From Octopus vulgaris (lineage: Eukaryota), in contig OX597817.1 in NCBI GenBank assembly GCA_951406725.2, positions 107,756,001-107,820,000 of the forward strand: a stretch of 64,000 nucleotides of DNA. The letters run 5' to 3'. The notes under the pieces were generated by a model. That model was not told the origin of the DNA. It did no database searches and saw only the letters and a program-made list of their open reading frames with translations. Positions within the stretch are counted from its first letter, which is position 1; each line of letters opens with the position of its first letter. The position numbers and the translations under genes were made by a program. Of the stretch, positions 25,395 through 37,926 are shown piece by piece.

Positions 25395-27865
25395 TTATAA
25401 TAATAATATAAAAAAATGATAATAATAATAATAAATTTGTGATAATTATATACATGTTAAGAACATGTGGAGGAGGTCCTTTTCTGTGACTCCTCAGATG
25501 AATATTCAAAAATATTATTTTTGAGTTTTTCAGTTTTTGTTTTAATATACAATTATTCTGCAAATATCATTATTCACCAGGACTTTAAACTAATATGCAT
25601 GACTTCCTCATTTAAAGTAAAACATTTGCATGTATACATACATTTGGTTACTGGAATGTACAAATATGCTTCACAAGAACATTGCTTGGATTCTAACCCC
25701 TCCTATACATGTGTGTGTATCTATATATCTATCTATCTATCTATCCCTCCCTCCATCCATCCATCGATGTTTCAAATAGTGGTGTTGCAAATAGCTGTCC
25801 AGCTGAATAAAAATTCATTATATGCAGTAGAAGCCATATGGAATCAATGAAGCCATCTGTGTATCATGCTTAATGTAAATACATTATTGAAAGCAAGTTA
25901 GCAAAGAATAAGAACATTGGGTCTTTCCTGAGTCATAGGCTCATATGACTGATTTTTTTAGATTCTGTAACACATATATTCACCCTCTGGACAGGATGCC
26001 AGTCTGTTGCAAGATTACTCATTTTTGCCAGCTGAGTAGACTGGAGCAGCTTGAGATGTAATGTTTTGCTCAAGAACACAACGAATCACTCAGTCCAGGG
26101 ATCATCAAAACCTCAATCTTCTTATCATGAGTGCAACACACCAACCACTAAGTCATGCACTTCCACAATTTACAATAGTATTAATCTAGAAATATCTCTC
26201 TTAGTGTTTTTTGGTATTACTTTATCTAATTTGTCCTTCTTGTTTCTCATGAGAATAGGGCATGATTTGTAATAGATATGGTTACTATTTGCAGATCCCT
26301 TGTTGACTCAATGTACTGAAGTTGATTTTTACCCATCAGCAACTACAAAATCTTAAACCATTATGATTTGGTTGACTTTGCGTTTTGTCCTACTAATGTC
26401 AAGTGCTGGGGGTTAGTTTAATCAAATGTAATCCGTCTTCCCACCAAAAAATTGTGATCTTGTTTCAATATCAGAAATTCTTTAGTGAATTTGTCTGTAA
26501 GCCTTTAAGGCTTGTAAATGGAATGTTAACTTATATTGATGAAGTGTTTAGATGTATTTCTCATCCATTGATATATTTACCAATTTCATTTTGCTTTCTT
26601 CTTTTTCTCTCTCTTTCTCTGTCTCCCTTATGCTCTTCTTTTGTTTTCTCTTTTATTCACTTCTCTCTACACTTTCCTCTTTGCTCCCTACACCCCTCCT
26701 TCTTTCATATATGTCTGTTGTATAAGTGCATGTTTCTAAGGAATTACTAAACTCATTTGAGAAGGCATTATGATTGTAGTTTGTTTGAGAATTTATGTGT
26801 TGTAGTGTAATGTATTTTGATATCATGTGAATGAGAGAGAGAGATAGAGAGAGAGAGACAATGTGTGCACCAATAACCTCTTTCTTTAACAGACAAAATC
26901 AGTGATGGGTGGGTGGAAATATATTAAAAATATTATTTGTGAGGGAATCTTATTGATTCAAATCTCATTTCCAAAGCCGACTGATCACATGTAAAACCAA
27001 TTTGATTATATAATAATGTTTAAGATTCCCTGCCTATTTCTGTCAGACAACATGATAGACTATATATTTCATCAATACAGCTTAATCATATTTTCCGGTT
27101 CCTTGTGTTTGATAATACAAGTTGTAAACAATTAAAAACATACAACATACACACACACTCACATGTACACACTCTTATACACAAATGTATGCTTGTGCAC
27201 ACATGCACACGCACACATACACACACACACACACACACACATACATGCACATGCACACACACATACATGCACACGCACATACACACACATTGGAAATAGA
27301 CTAATACACACATGTATGTGCATGCAAGCAGGCTCATCAAAATAGACTCACACACACATACACACACACTCATGTATGTACATGCATGCTACTTGCACCA
27401 TATACATGTGTGTGTATGTGTTTGTCTGTGTGAGTATGGTCTAATGGCAATAGAATTGTAAACTAAACTGGGTTACCTAAGACAAGACCAGTTTGAAATT
27501 GAATAATACTTTGTTGAAGAAGTGGAGACAGTAAGAATGTTAAATTCAGTTGCATTTGTATCCATTTAACAACCAGCAACAGCATATTTCCTGCATGGCA
27601 TACATAGATATCCATACATGTCTGAGACAATGAGGCAGCATCTGTATGGTTACATGCCCAGCAAGAAATAGCAACCAAATTGTATTTACTGACTTAAAAG
27701 AAATTAAGGACATTTTGGATATAGTACTTCCAAGGACAACTTAACCTTTCATCTTTACAAAGTTGAATCAAATATGGGTATTTGTCAGTACTGGGGGTTG
27801 ATCTCTGTCTGTCTGTACGTCTTTCACTGTCTGTCTCTGACCATTTGTCTATTTCTGCTTGTGTC

Positions 27866-27896
<31 letters not shown>

Positions 27897-28480
27897 TTGT
27901 GTGTGTGTGTGTCTCTGCCTCTGTCTGTTTGTCTGTCTCTATCTGTCCCTCTCTGTCTTCCCATCCACACCCCCATCACTTTCTTTCTCAGGTGGTTGTG
28001 TTGCACTGCAGGAGGGATTTAGGGAGAACCACTTGCAGTCTCCCTTTCTGTGGAAATGGAAGACAGTTGATCAAAGTGGCCAGTAAACTTTTCTCATAAA
28101 AAAAGAAAAAAATAATGACAGAAAAATGGAAAGAAAGGACAACTAGCTGGCAGAGTTGTTTAAGTATCAGACAAGACATCATGCAGTATTTATTCTGATA
28201 CTTTGCCACTCAAATGCCACTGAGAACAATTTTTTATTGGTACTGACATAGCTGAGTGGTTAAGAAGCTTGCTTTCCAACCATGTGGTATTGGGCTCAGA
28301 TCCACAATGCAGCACCTTGGTAAAGTGTCTTCTATTATTACCCCAGGCCAACCAAAGCCGTGTGAGTGAATTTGGTAGTTGGAAACTGAAGGAAGCTTCT
28401 TCTATACATGTGTGTGTGTAACAATACTAACATTAATATCTCTCATGAGCATAAATGTTCTTTATATATTTTTAAAAGTG

Positions 28481-28780
28481 AGGGTGCATGGCTTAGTGGT
28501 TAGAGCATCGAGCTTACAATCATGAGGTCGTCAGTTCGAATCCCGGACCAGGCTACGTGCTGTGTTCTTGAGCAAGACATTTATTTCTTGTTGCTCCAGC
28601 TGTAGAAATGAGTTGCGACGTCACAGATGCCAAGCTGTATAGGCCCTTGGTGTGGAGAGGGGAGGCTGATATGCATGGGCGACTGCTGGTCTTCCATAAA
28701 CAACCTTGTCTGGACTTGTGCCTGGGAGGGTAACTTTTTAGGTGCAATCCTATGGTCAGGCATGACCGAAGGGGGTCTCA
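28481..28780 (+). mobile_element. tRNA-derived SINE, second family
   Basis: A box tggcttagtgg, B box gttcgaatcc; continues into a SINE body rather than a tRNA 3' end. Confidence 0.85.
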
Positions 28781-29204
28781 GCATATTTAAAAAAATTTTA
28801 TATATATATATATATATCTATCTGTGTGTGTTTGTGTTGTGTTTATCTCCAACAACCATATGACAACTGGTGTTATAAGTGCTGGAATTGATTTGATGGA
28901 CTAAACCTTTCAAGGTGGTGTCCTGGCATGGTCACAGTATGAAAGAAATAGAGGATAAAAGATAAATGCTTGCTGGAAGTATTTAAGGATGGACTGCTTT
29001 GTAGTATATAACATACAACAGATGTAGAATAAAGAAGCAACACTATGCTTGTTGAGGATGAGCGAACCATGAGTAAAATGCTTTTGATCATGAGTTTACT
29101 TATTCAGGGCTGACCTAAGGCTAAATGATATTGTCCATACCTATCTATATTTGTTTAGAAACAAAATAATTCAGAAATAAGTTTTCGTCATCATCAAGTA
29201 TACT

Positions 29205-29432
29205 TTAACCCTTTTGATACCAACCCGGCTGAAACCGGCTCTGGCTCTAAGTGCAAATGTCTTGTTTTCATAAGTTTTGAATTAAAATCTTCCACCAAAC
29301 CTTAATCACAATTTATGTTCCTAACACTAGCTTAATGATAACTAAGTTATTTTACTAAATTCTTTGTTATATTTAAAGTAATTGAAAGAAACACAGAGCA
29401 TTTCAAAATAAATACAGTAACAAAAGGGTTAA
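29205..29432. mobile_element. piggyBac-type MITE
   Basis: TTAA-ccctttt.../...aaaaggg-TTAA. Confidence 0.8.
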
Positions 29433-30089
29433 AAAAATTTTTTATGTTACTTGTTTCAGTGTGGCCAAATTGGAGCACTGCTTTGAATGGTTTTGTCAAA
29501 CAATTGATCCCAGTACAACATTGGTTGTGAAGCAGTGAGGTGTAGAAGAAACACAATGATCCCCTCCCACACACACACACACAGCAGGCTTCCACAGTTT
29601 CTGTTTATCTAATTCAAAAACAAGGCATGTAGGTGTCCCAGTGGTATAGTAGAAAACAAAAAAACACTTGCCCAAGGTGTCAAGCATTGGGGTTAAATCT
29701 AAAGCTATGTGATTGCAAAGCAACATATGTATATTTCTGTTGCCTTGGTGCCTTTGTATTGTTACTCAACCAGCAAGAAAAACCAGTCAAATCTATCTTA
29801 AATCACATTACCTCACAAAGGGATGAACACGGACAGTGTAGTCATTAGATCTACAAATGAAACAGATGGTGATGACTGTAAAACTTTTTAATCAATGATC
29901 TGTTTGAAGTAGATCTGATCTGGGGCTATACAACAGCAGTATGCCATCTCTCCATCACCCTACCCAGTTTCCTATTATTCAATAGTTTCTAAGGGAACCC
30001 ACTTTTGTTTTCTTTCTATTTGTTTATGGACAGAGACATATAGTTACATGTGTTCTCTCTGCCTCTATCTGTCACTTATCCTCTTACTC

Positions 30090-30131
<42 letters not shown>

Positions 30132-32406
30132 CACACATGCACATTCACACATACAACTTTGTTCAGTGGCATACTTAGTTTTATTGTTGTGTTACTAGCA
30201 TTTATTGACTAGTCATTAAGAGCTTTCATGTGGTACATGAGAGAAATGGCAGTTCAAACATAAACGAAAAGACACTATTGAAATATTGTGCGTGTGTGTG
30301 TGTGTGCGCATGTTTGCTTGCTTGAGTATTTATATGTTATAGATATTGTGAGTTAAGAGAGAGAAAGAATAAATGAATAAACATGAATATGAGTGTTGAA
30401 ACAAAGAAGCATTATGTATATTGTTTTAAATGGGTTTTCTTATAGAAAAGTTATAAAAACAAGTAACAAGGAAACAATTTTAAGGTAATACATTTTAAGC
30501 CTAACAAAAAGTAAATTGAATTTATATAATATCTGTTTCTTCTTGATGCATTTCAAGTATCATTGTCTTTGTTGTCATCATTTGGCGTTAGGAAGGGCAT
30601 CCAGCTGTAGAAACACTGCCAGATCTGACTGGCCTGGTGCAGCCTTCGGGCTTCCCAGACCCCAGTTGAACCGTCCAACCCATGCTAGCATGGAAAGCGG
30701 ACGTTAAACGATGATGATGATGATTATCATCAACATCATCATCATTACTATATCATCTTCATGTATTACATTTAAAAATACAACATAAAAACAAAGCAAA
30801 CAGTCTGAGGATATTGATAGCCTATTAACAACATTGAAGGCTTGTTATCAACAATTTCACAGCAATCAAGCAAAAGAATAACGTCTGTTTTATTTCAGTT
30901 AAAAAGTACACACTCTCTTTAAGTAAGTGTCCTCAAATGTCCTTGTAAATGTATTCATAAATCTCTGCTTAGAGTTGGTTTAGAAGTACATTTAATCAGT
31001 TAGCTGGCCTATAGGTGCCTTTAACAAAGTCCACTCTGTTGCAAATATTCAGACAGGGTGTTCAGTCTTATGAAAATCCCTTCTGCATACATAGCCATGG
31101 ACACCGCCCTAAGTCATGAAATATATTATGTTTATAAAGAAAATTGAATGAGATAAGCTCTTGATGAACTGAGTCCATTTAATAAGATTGCTATTATTTA
31201 GTCTCAAACCATCCTTGATTAAGCAGACCTATGATCAAAGATGTTCTAACCTTCATCATTCAGTCATTTTATATATGTGCCTAGGACTGCATTGTCTAAT
31301 GTGTGATGCCTATCTTTTAAGATGGAGGGTGGTGGAGAATTTGATTTTAGGGAGATTTGGCTAATGTTACTAAAAGGTGGAGCAACTGTAATTTCTTGAA
31401 TTTCCTCCTTTGTGGCATGGTTTACTTGTGTTGTCGAGAATATGCATAACTCACAAATCTTATATTAGCGTGTTCTCTTTCTACCCTGTAAACCTAAGCC
31501 TTTCTCTCTGTTCAAAGAATCGATATATTTTGGAATTATAGTTTTCTGTATGGAATGTATCCATTTTGTTACCATATCTCTATTGAAATGCACAGCCTTT
31601 ATCTCAATTTATTTGGAAGCAAAGATGAATTTAGTGAAATAACATCATACTTAATAAGCTGGGCATTTGGAATGTAGATTAACATGAAATTTTGATAGGA
31701 GGATTTAATTTATCAAAGAACAGGGATGGTCTGAGGTGGGTTGCTGTCAGAAAGGCTAAAGAAAACAAAGACCAAAAGAACATCATCTGCGGCTATTATA
31801 TATTCAAGTGTGTAGTTAACAATTCCTTACAGGAAACTGTTAGGGTCATAAGTTTAGTACTTAGCTCTTAAGATAAAATCTTCTGTTGAACAGGATGTTA
31901 GTCTATAGCGAGCCGACTATTTTTTTATATTTGTTTCTGACAGTATGGGCTCTTCTCCAGGATCTATATGAACTTGAGTCTGTGCCTAGCTTTAGATAAG
32001 GAAGGACATCTAGAATAAAGTGTTCTGCCCTTAAAATATGCTATGAAATGATTGCTCTGCAACTGAATTCCCAAATCATGAGTTCAGTATTTTATTCATT
32101 TAGTCATTAGATGAGATACGAGATGAGATTTTTTTGTGGATGCGTATGTACATATATTTGAAAGTGGGTGTGTCTCCAGTGATTATATCTCTCTGGGCAC
32201 ACACACGCATGTACATTTGTGTGTGTATGTATATATATATATATGTAAGTGGATGTTTATATATAAATGTGTACGTAATATAATATAGATACAAACAATT
32301 CCTTTTGTTTTCTTTATTCTGCATTTTTATAATCCATGTAAATATACAATTTAAGCTTGCCTTTGTTTATCTGCCTTTCTGCCTCCTTTCTCTCTCTCTC
32401 TCTATG

Positions 32407-32444
<38 letters not shown>

Positions 32445-33012
32445 TATATATATAATATGTATATAAACAATGTATACGTGTGTATGGCTGTGTGTGTGTG
32501 TTATATATATATATATATATATTTATGTATGTATATAGATTGTTGTTGTTGTTGGCATCCTTTTGTCTTGGGAGACAATGGAGTTGCACATAAACTAATC
32601 CAGTCTAGTTTTTACATTTCATGTCCTCTCCAGTTTTGTGCAGGCCTGGGCTAGATGTAAGAAAATCCTGGGTAGCCTAATCATCAGGATTCCTCTCTCG
32701 ACCTTGGTGATATAGTCTGAAGGAATGCAGAGCATTACGTTTGGCACCAGTTTGGTTGCAGGAGCTGCCAGAAGAGTGTCGAGTTGAACACTAAACCGCC
32801 TATGGGGCTCCACTCCAGATTTCTTTGAAAGTTGTCTCCCTTATGTAACCCTGGATAGGGGCCCATACCAAGTACTGTCAGCTGGAGCCAGCTGAGCATG
32901 GGACTTGAGTCAGGCAGGGTCATCACTCCCTGAAGTAGTGAAGAAAATCGCTACCTACTGCCTAAATGTATATAGATATGTATGTATGTATATAGATTCA
33001 TATATATATGTA

Positions 33013-33049
<37 letters not shown>

Positions 33050-33148
33050 CTGTATATAGATATGTATATGTATGAATCTCTCTCTATATATATATATGTG
33101 TATGGATGTATAAGTATGTATGAATAGATATATGTATATGTATCTATG

Positions 33149-33224
<76 letters not shown>

Positions 33225-33232
33225 TGTATACA

Positions 33233-33272
<40 letters not shown>

Positions 33273-33316
33273 TATACGTATATGTATATATATATACATA
33301 TATATATATGTATGTA

Positions 33317-34248
33317 GGTGCAGGAGTGGTTGTGTGGTTAGTAATTTGCTTACCAACCACATGGTTCTGGGTTCAGTCCCACTGCGTAACACCTTGGGCA
33401 AGTGTCTTCTACTAAAGCCACGGGCTGACCAAAGCCTTGTGTGTTGATTTGGTAGACAGAAACTGAAAGAAGCCTGTCATATATATATATGAACAAAACG
33501 CCCACCGTCCAATGGTTGGTGCTGAGTCATATCTGCTGAATAAAAAGCAATCAGTGTTTTCTTTTCATTAAAAAATAATTAAGCATGCCTTTATTTCAAT
33601 AAAAGTTTTGGTTTTGTTAAACGAAGTTAAGACAAAAAAAAAACTTATTGAGAAACCAAATAGTCTTTCCTTCCTTCATGCCAAGTTTGAAGAAAATATC
33701 TTTTTTGCCTCTTATATTTTTGATCTCTTAAATATATTGCATTTTGTGGCATTATTTCAAGCCAGCTGGCTTTTTTGTGCAAACTGCACATGCATTTTTC
33801 TTGCATACATGTAGTATCGATCGCAACAGCTGATGTACTTACACGTGTAAATGCACGTTTCCACGGCTTTATTGATTGCATTCTCACCTAGAATCGATTT
33901 TTGTAATTTTTTCAAGACTTTTACATGCCCCGATACCGTCAGTATCTACATATCAAATTTGAGCGCAATCAGATAGAGGATGCCCAAGATCTTAGAAGAC
34001 ATACAGACAGAACGGATTTTATATAATAGATATGTATGTGTATGTTTGTATGGCAGTGTTTGTCCCCCCCACTCCAACATCACTTGGCAACCGATGCTAG
34101 TGTGTTTATTTCTCTGTAACTTAGCGGTTCGGCAAAAGAGGCCGATAGAATAATTACTAGGCTTACAAAGGGGTCAATTTGTCGACTAAAGGTGGTGCTC
34201 CAGCATGGTCACAGTCAAATGACTGAAACAAGTAAAAGAGTAAAAGAG
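33317..34248 (+). mobile_element. SINE interrupted by a Helitron-like insertion of about 540 bp (33490-34030, minus)
   Basis: SINE 5' half at 33317-33480 and 3' half at 34030-34248; insert end reads tctattatataaaatccgttctgtctg on the minus strand. Confidence 0.6.
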
Positions 34249-34481
34249 AATATATTTATATGTATGGGTTATATATGTATATGTATATGTGGTATAGGTT
34301 ATATTTTTATATATATATATGTTTACTTGGAAGAGGATGCGTGGCGTTCAATCATATAATGATATAAATAATATATATATATATATATATATATGCATAT
34401 ATACATACATGCTATATGCATACATACATACATACGTATGTATATACTTATATATATACGTATGTATATATATATATATAT

Positions 34482-35260
34482 ATATGGGCTCAGGATGTGA
34501 TGAAACGTGTACAACAAAAATGTACAAAGCACGAGTACATGGAACAGGAACTATTCTTTCAAACAATGAAAGACACAAATGGAAAACAAAACAAAGAATG
34601 ACACTTCATCAGTTGTTGGCTGTTTCTCTAGTCTCATATTTTGGGCATTTAACAACAATATATACTTTTGATTGAGCAGTTGCTCCCGCAAAGCAAGTTA
34701 AATAAAATTTGGGGTTTTTGTGGAAGGTCAAAATAGGTAACACAAACAGGGCAGTGAAAACAAACAGGATGGGCTGCTAAGCCTAAACGAGGTTGTGGTG
34801 GTGAACATGTAAAGCAAGCTAGGACAGGAGACAAACAAGAACATGTCTTCTTTGTTCCTCCTACAATGGAGAGAAAGAAAGATGGCCGATGGTCAAGTGG
34901 GAGCCATGTGAGAAAGGGAAGAGGTGTGAGGGAGTAGGAGTGACAGAGTAATAGGATAGAATAGTGGAAAATAAGGAGGTAAAAGAATAAGAGAGAGAAA
35001 GTGAAAGATCCTATTACTCTGTCACTCTCTCTCCCTCACTCCTCCCTTGCTCATGGGGATCTCATGTGACCATTGGCCATCTTTCTTTCTCTCCATTGTA
35101 GCTGGAACAAGGAAGATGTGTTCTTGTTTGTCTCCTGTCCTAGCTTGATTTACGTGTAACCACCACAACCTCATTGAGGCTTAGCAGCCCTTCCTGTTTG
35201 TTTTCACTGTCCTATTTGTGTTACCAATTTTCACCCTCTGCAAAAATCCCAAATTTTATT
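34482..35260. mobile_element. Foldback element of the 9062 family; arms of about 255 bp (34701-34957 / 35008-35260)
   Basis: gggctgctaagcct/aggcttagcagccc; caagctaggacaggagacaaacaagaaca/tgttcttgtttgtctcctgtcctagcttg. Confidence 0.85.
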
Positions 35261-35262
35261 TC

Positions 35263-36375
35263 TGTGATATAAAAATGCGATTTCGTTATAGCTGCCACTA
35301 GAGGTGTATTTTCCATCATGGAAAAGTACAAAAGCCTGTCAGCTGGGGGAAGGAGAGATTGTTAGGTTGTTGAGAGAGGTTTTCGGAGGTTGGCGAGAAA
35401 GAGTGTTGGAGGTTGGTGAGAGAGGTTGTCGGAAGTTGGCGAGAGGCAAAGACATTATTCTGCTTAGCAAAGGCATCTGGAAAATGTATAACTGCTGTCA
35501 TTCACAGAAGAACTATTGTTTTACCATGAGAAAAGTGCTTTTGAAGTGTTGAGTGAAATTTGGCCATTGAGGATCGAATCCACGCTATACCTGCATGAAG
35601 CTACTACAAATACGTTGTGGAATAAAAAATTTATCTACTGTCATGGAAAAAGTGTAACTGTTAAAATGCAGAATTATTGGAGTAATGGGCATTCAAAAAA
35701 GTATGTATGTGTAGAAATGTATGAATGAAGTCTTTAATGTTTAAAATTCGAATTAAGGAAGTGTAATAATAATGTTTAGCAGTTCAAAACTTTGAGTAGT
35801 GAAATGCAGAATTTGGTCAGCTGATTGAGAAAATCAAATATTGATCTCTTCGCTAAAATCTGCAGGTGGTATGGGTTATTTCCCTTGAGTTGTTTAAATA
35901 AGATATTAGTAATATGTAGTAGATAGAAGGATCCATTGGAAGGGCCCAACAATCTAAGTATGTCACTAGGTTTCCAGACATAAGTTCTACTCACGTGTCA
36001 AATAAAGTATAAAAGTGATGTTGTCTGCCAAAATTAGAAATAAGACCCCAAAAAAATCAATATTCAAAGTAATCGAACATAAACAATGAAATGGGTTATT
36101 TCTCTTGAGTGTTTAAAGAAAAATATTGTATAGGTGCTATGGGTTATTTTCCCTGGGCATTTAAAATAAAATTAGTTACATGAAGTAGATATAAAGGTCC
36201 CTTCCAGGGTCGTATTATAGATTTTTTTTCAACAATCTAAGCATGTCACGAGCTTTCCAGACATGAGTTCTACTCACATGGCAAGTTTCATCAAAATCAA
36301 TAAAATGATGTAGGAGGGGTTAGCTAACAATGCCACAAACAAACACACACCGATTTTCCACATATGTAGTAGATA
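35263..36375 (-). mobile_element. Helitron-like non-autonomous element with internal direct repeats
   Basis: Minus-strand start tctactacatatgtggaaaatcggtgtgtgtttg; three atgggttattt units; family assignment is tentative. Confidence 0.4.
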
Positions 36376-36744
36376 TAGATATATGTATATATATATATGT
36401 ATATATATGTATGTATATATATATGTATATATTTATATATGTATATGCATATATATGTGTATATGTATATGTATGTGTGTGTGTGATTATATATATATAT
36501 ATATATATGATAAACTTATTTGGAAATGGATGCATGGCGTTCAATCATAATAATATAAATAAAAAATATATATGCATATATACATACATATATGTACATA
36601 CAGACATATATATATATATATATATATATATGTATTCATATATGGGTACAGGACGTCACAAAATGAAAGCAACATGAATTACGAAGACAAATTTGGGTAT
36701 GCAGACAACGAGAGAAACAAGTGGAAAACAAGATAAGTAACATC

Positions 36745-37161
36745 ATGAACAATCCTTCCTCCTCCAGACACTTGATGTGAGCTCTGTGTTGAGTCTGAGG
36801 TCATGTGGGAAGATGAGTGGAGGCATAACCTTTCCATCACTAGTGATCACTCCAAACACCATGATGTTGACTAGATGTTTGATTTTTATCACTCTTGGTA
36901 CATATCCAGATTGCACTGTCCTCAGATCGACACCCAAACACTCTGAAATGTTCGTTTTGGAGTTTCTGACACAGTTGCCAAGCCGTACAGCATGTTGTTT
37001 CCAAATTTCTGGCAGAGGGAATTGCATCTTGGTGCTTTTTTTTTCTCACAGATGGTGCTTAATTGACTGTACTATACTGTATAGTCGACAAAATAAAAAA
37101 CAATTTGCATGCACAAAACTAGAATTATAATATGGCGACAGTTTACCTATCACACCCTGTA
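36745..37161 (-). mobile_element. Tc1/mariner-superfamily (maT-like) transposase relic
   Basis: ISECLGVDLRTVQ (HTH-like) and IMVFGVITSDGKVMPPLIFPHDLRLN; terminal tacagggtgt. Confidence 0.7.
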
Positions 37162-37207
37162 TGTATGAACATAAATACATATACATGTGTATATATGTGT
37201 ATGTATG

Positions 37208-37240
<33 letters not shown>

Positions 37241-37269
37241 ATATATGTGTGTGTGTGTGTGTATATATA

Positions 37270-37309
<40 letters not shown>

Positions 37310-37787
37310 ACCGTGACCGACCAGGCTATCAGATGTTGTTACACATCGCTGGTCACAATGTGCTTCGCATTGTTTTAGCCTTCAAATGACGCCACCCGGC
37401 TGGCTAGTGAGCAGGCCGATATATATATATGGATATATATATATATATAATAGGTTATAAATATATATATATATGGCGGTGCCCCAGCATGGCCACAGCT
37501 CATTAGCTGAAACTGGAAAAATCAAAATCAAAATCATATATAATCTTGAGTTAAAAGATGGACACATCTGTAATAAAACTTTTGGGTTTATAGCTACTGT
37601 TTCCTTTTCAGCTGAATTTCCATTGACTGAAAATGTAATGAGGATTTAAATATAAATTCAATCTGTTTACTTGAACTGTAACCCAGCATGAGCATGACGA
37701 AATAAGTTGTATTGATAGTGATCTGTGAAACAGTGTACAGTGGTTTTAGCTCTGATACTGATTCTTGCTTATTCTTTTCTTTATTAG

Positions 37788-37926
37788 CAACCCCGCCATC
37801 TCAGCGCATTCAGTTCTTGCTTGGAGAAGATGATGAAGATGAAGAACATCGGGCACATGATATGTTCTGTGAAATGGCAGAACTTCACCATGTGGATGGA
37901 GAATCCGAATGGAAAGAAAGTGCCAG
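37788..37926 (+). CDS. SLC4A10-like: SLC4 exon ([15 protein letters not shown]...EWKESAR)
   Basis: ttattag acceptor, AG|gtac donor; phase 1 to 2. Confidence 0.93.

Noticed and set aside
28481-28555. tRNA-like sequence with A and B boxes
   Set aside because: It is the head of a SINE whose body is repeated at 21090; no proper acceptor stem.
32590-32945. GC-richer island that might be an exon
   Set aside because: Resembles an RTE-type LINE 5' region and has no consistent splice frame; left uncalled.
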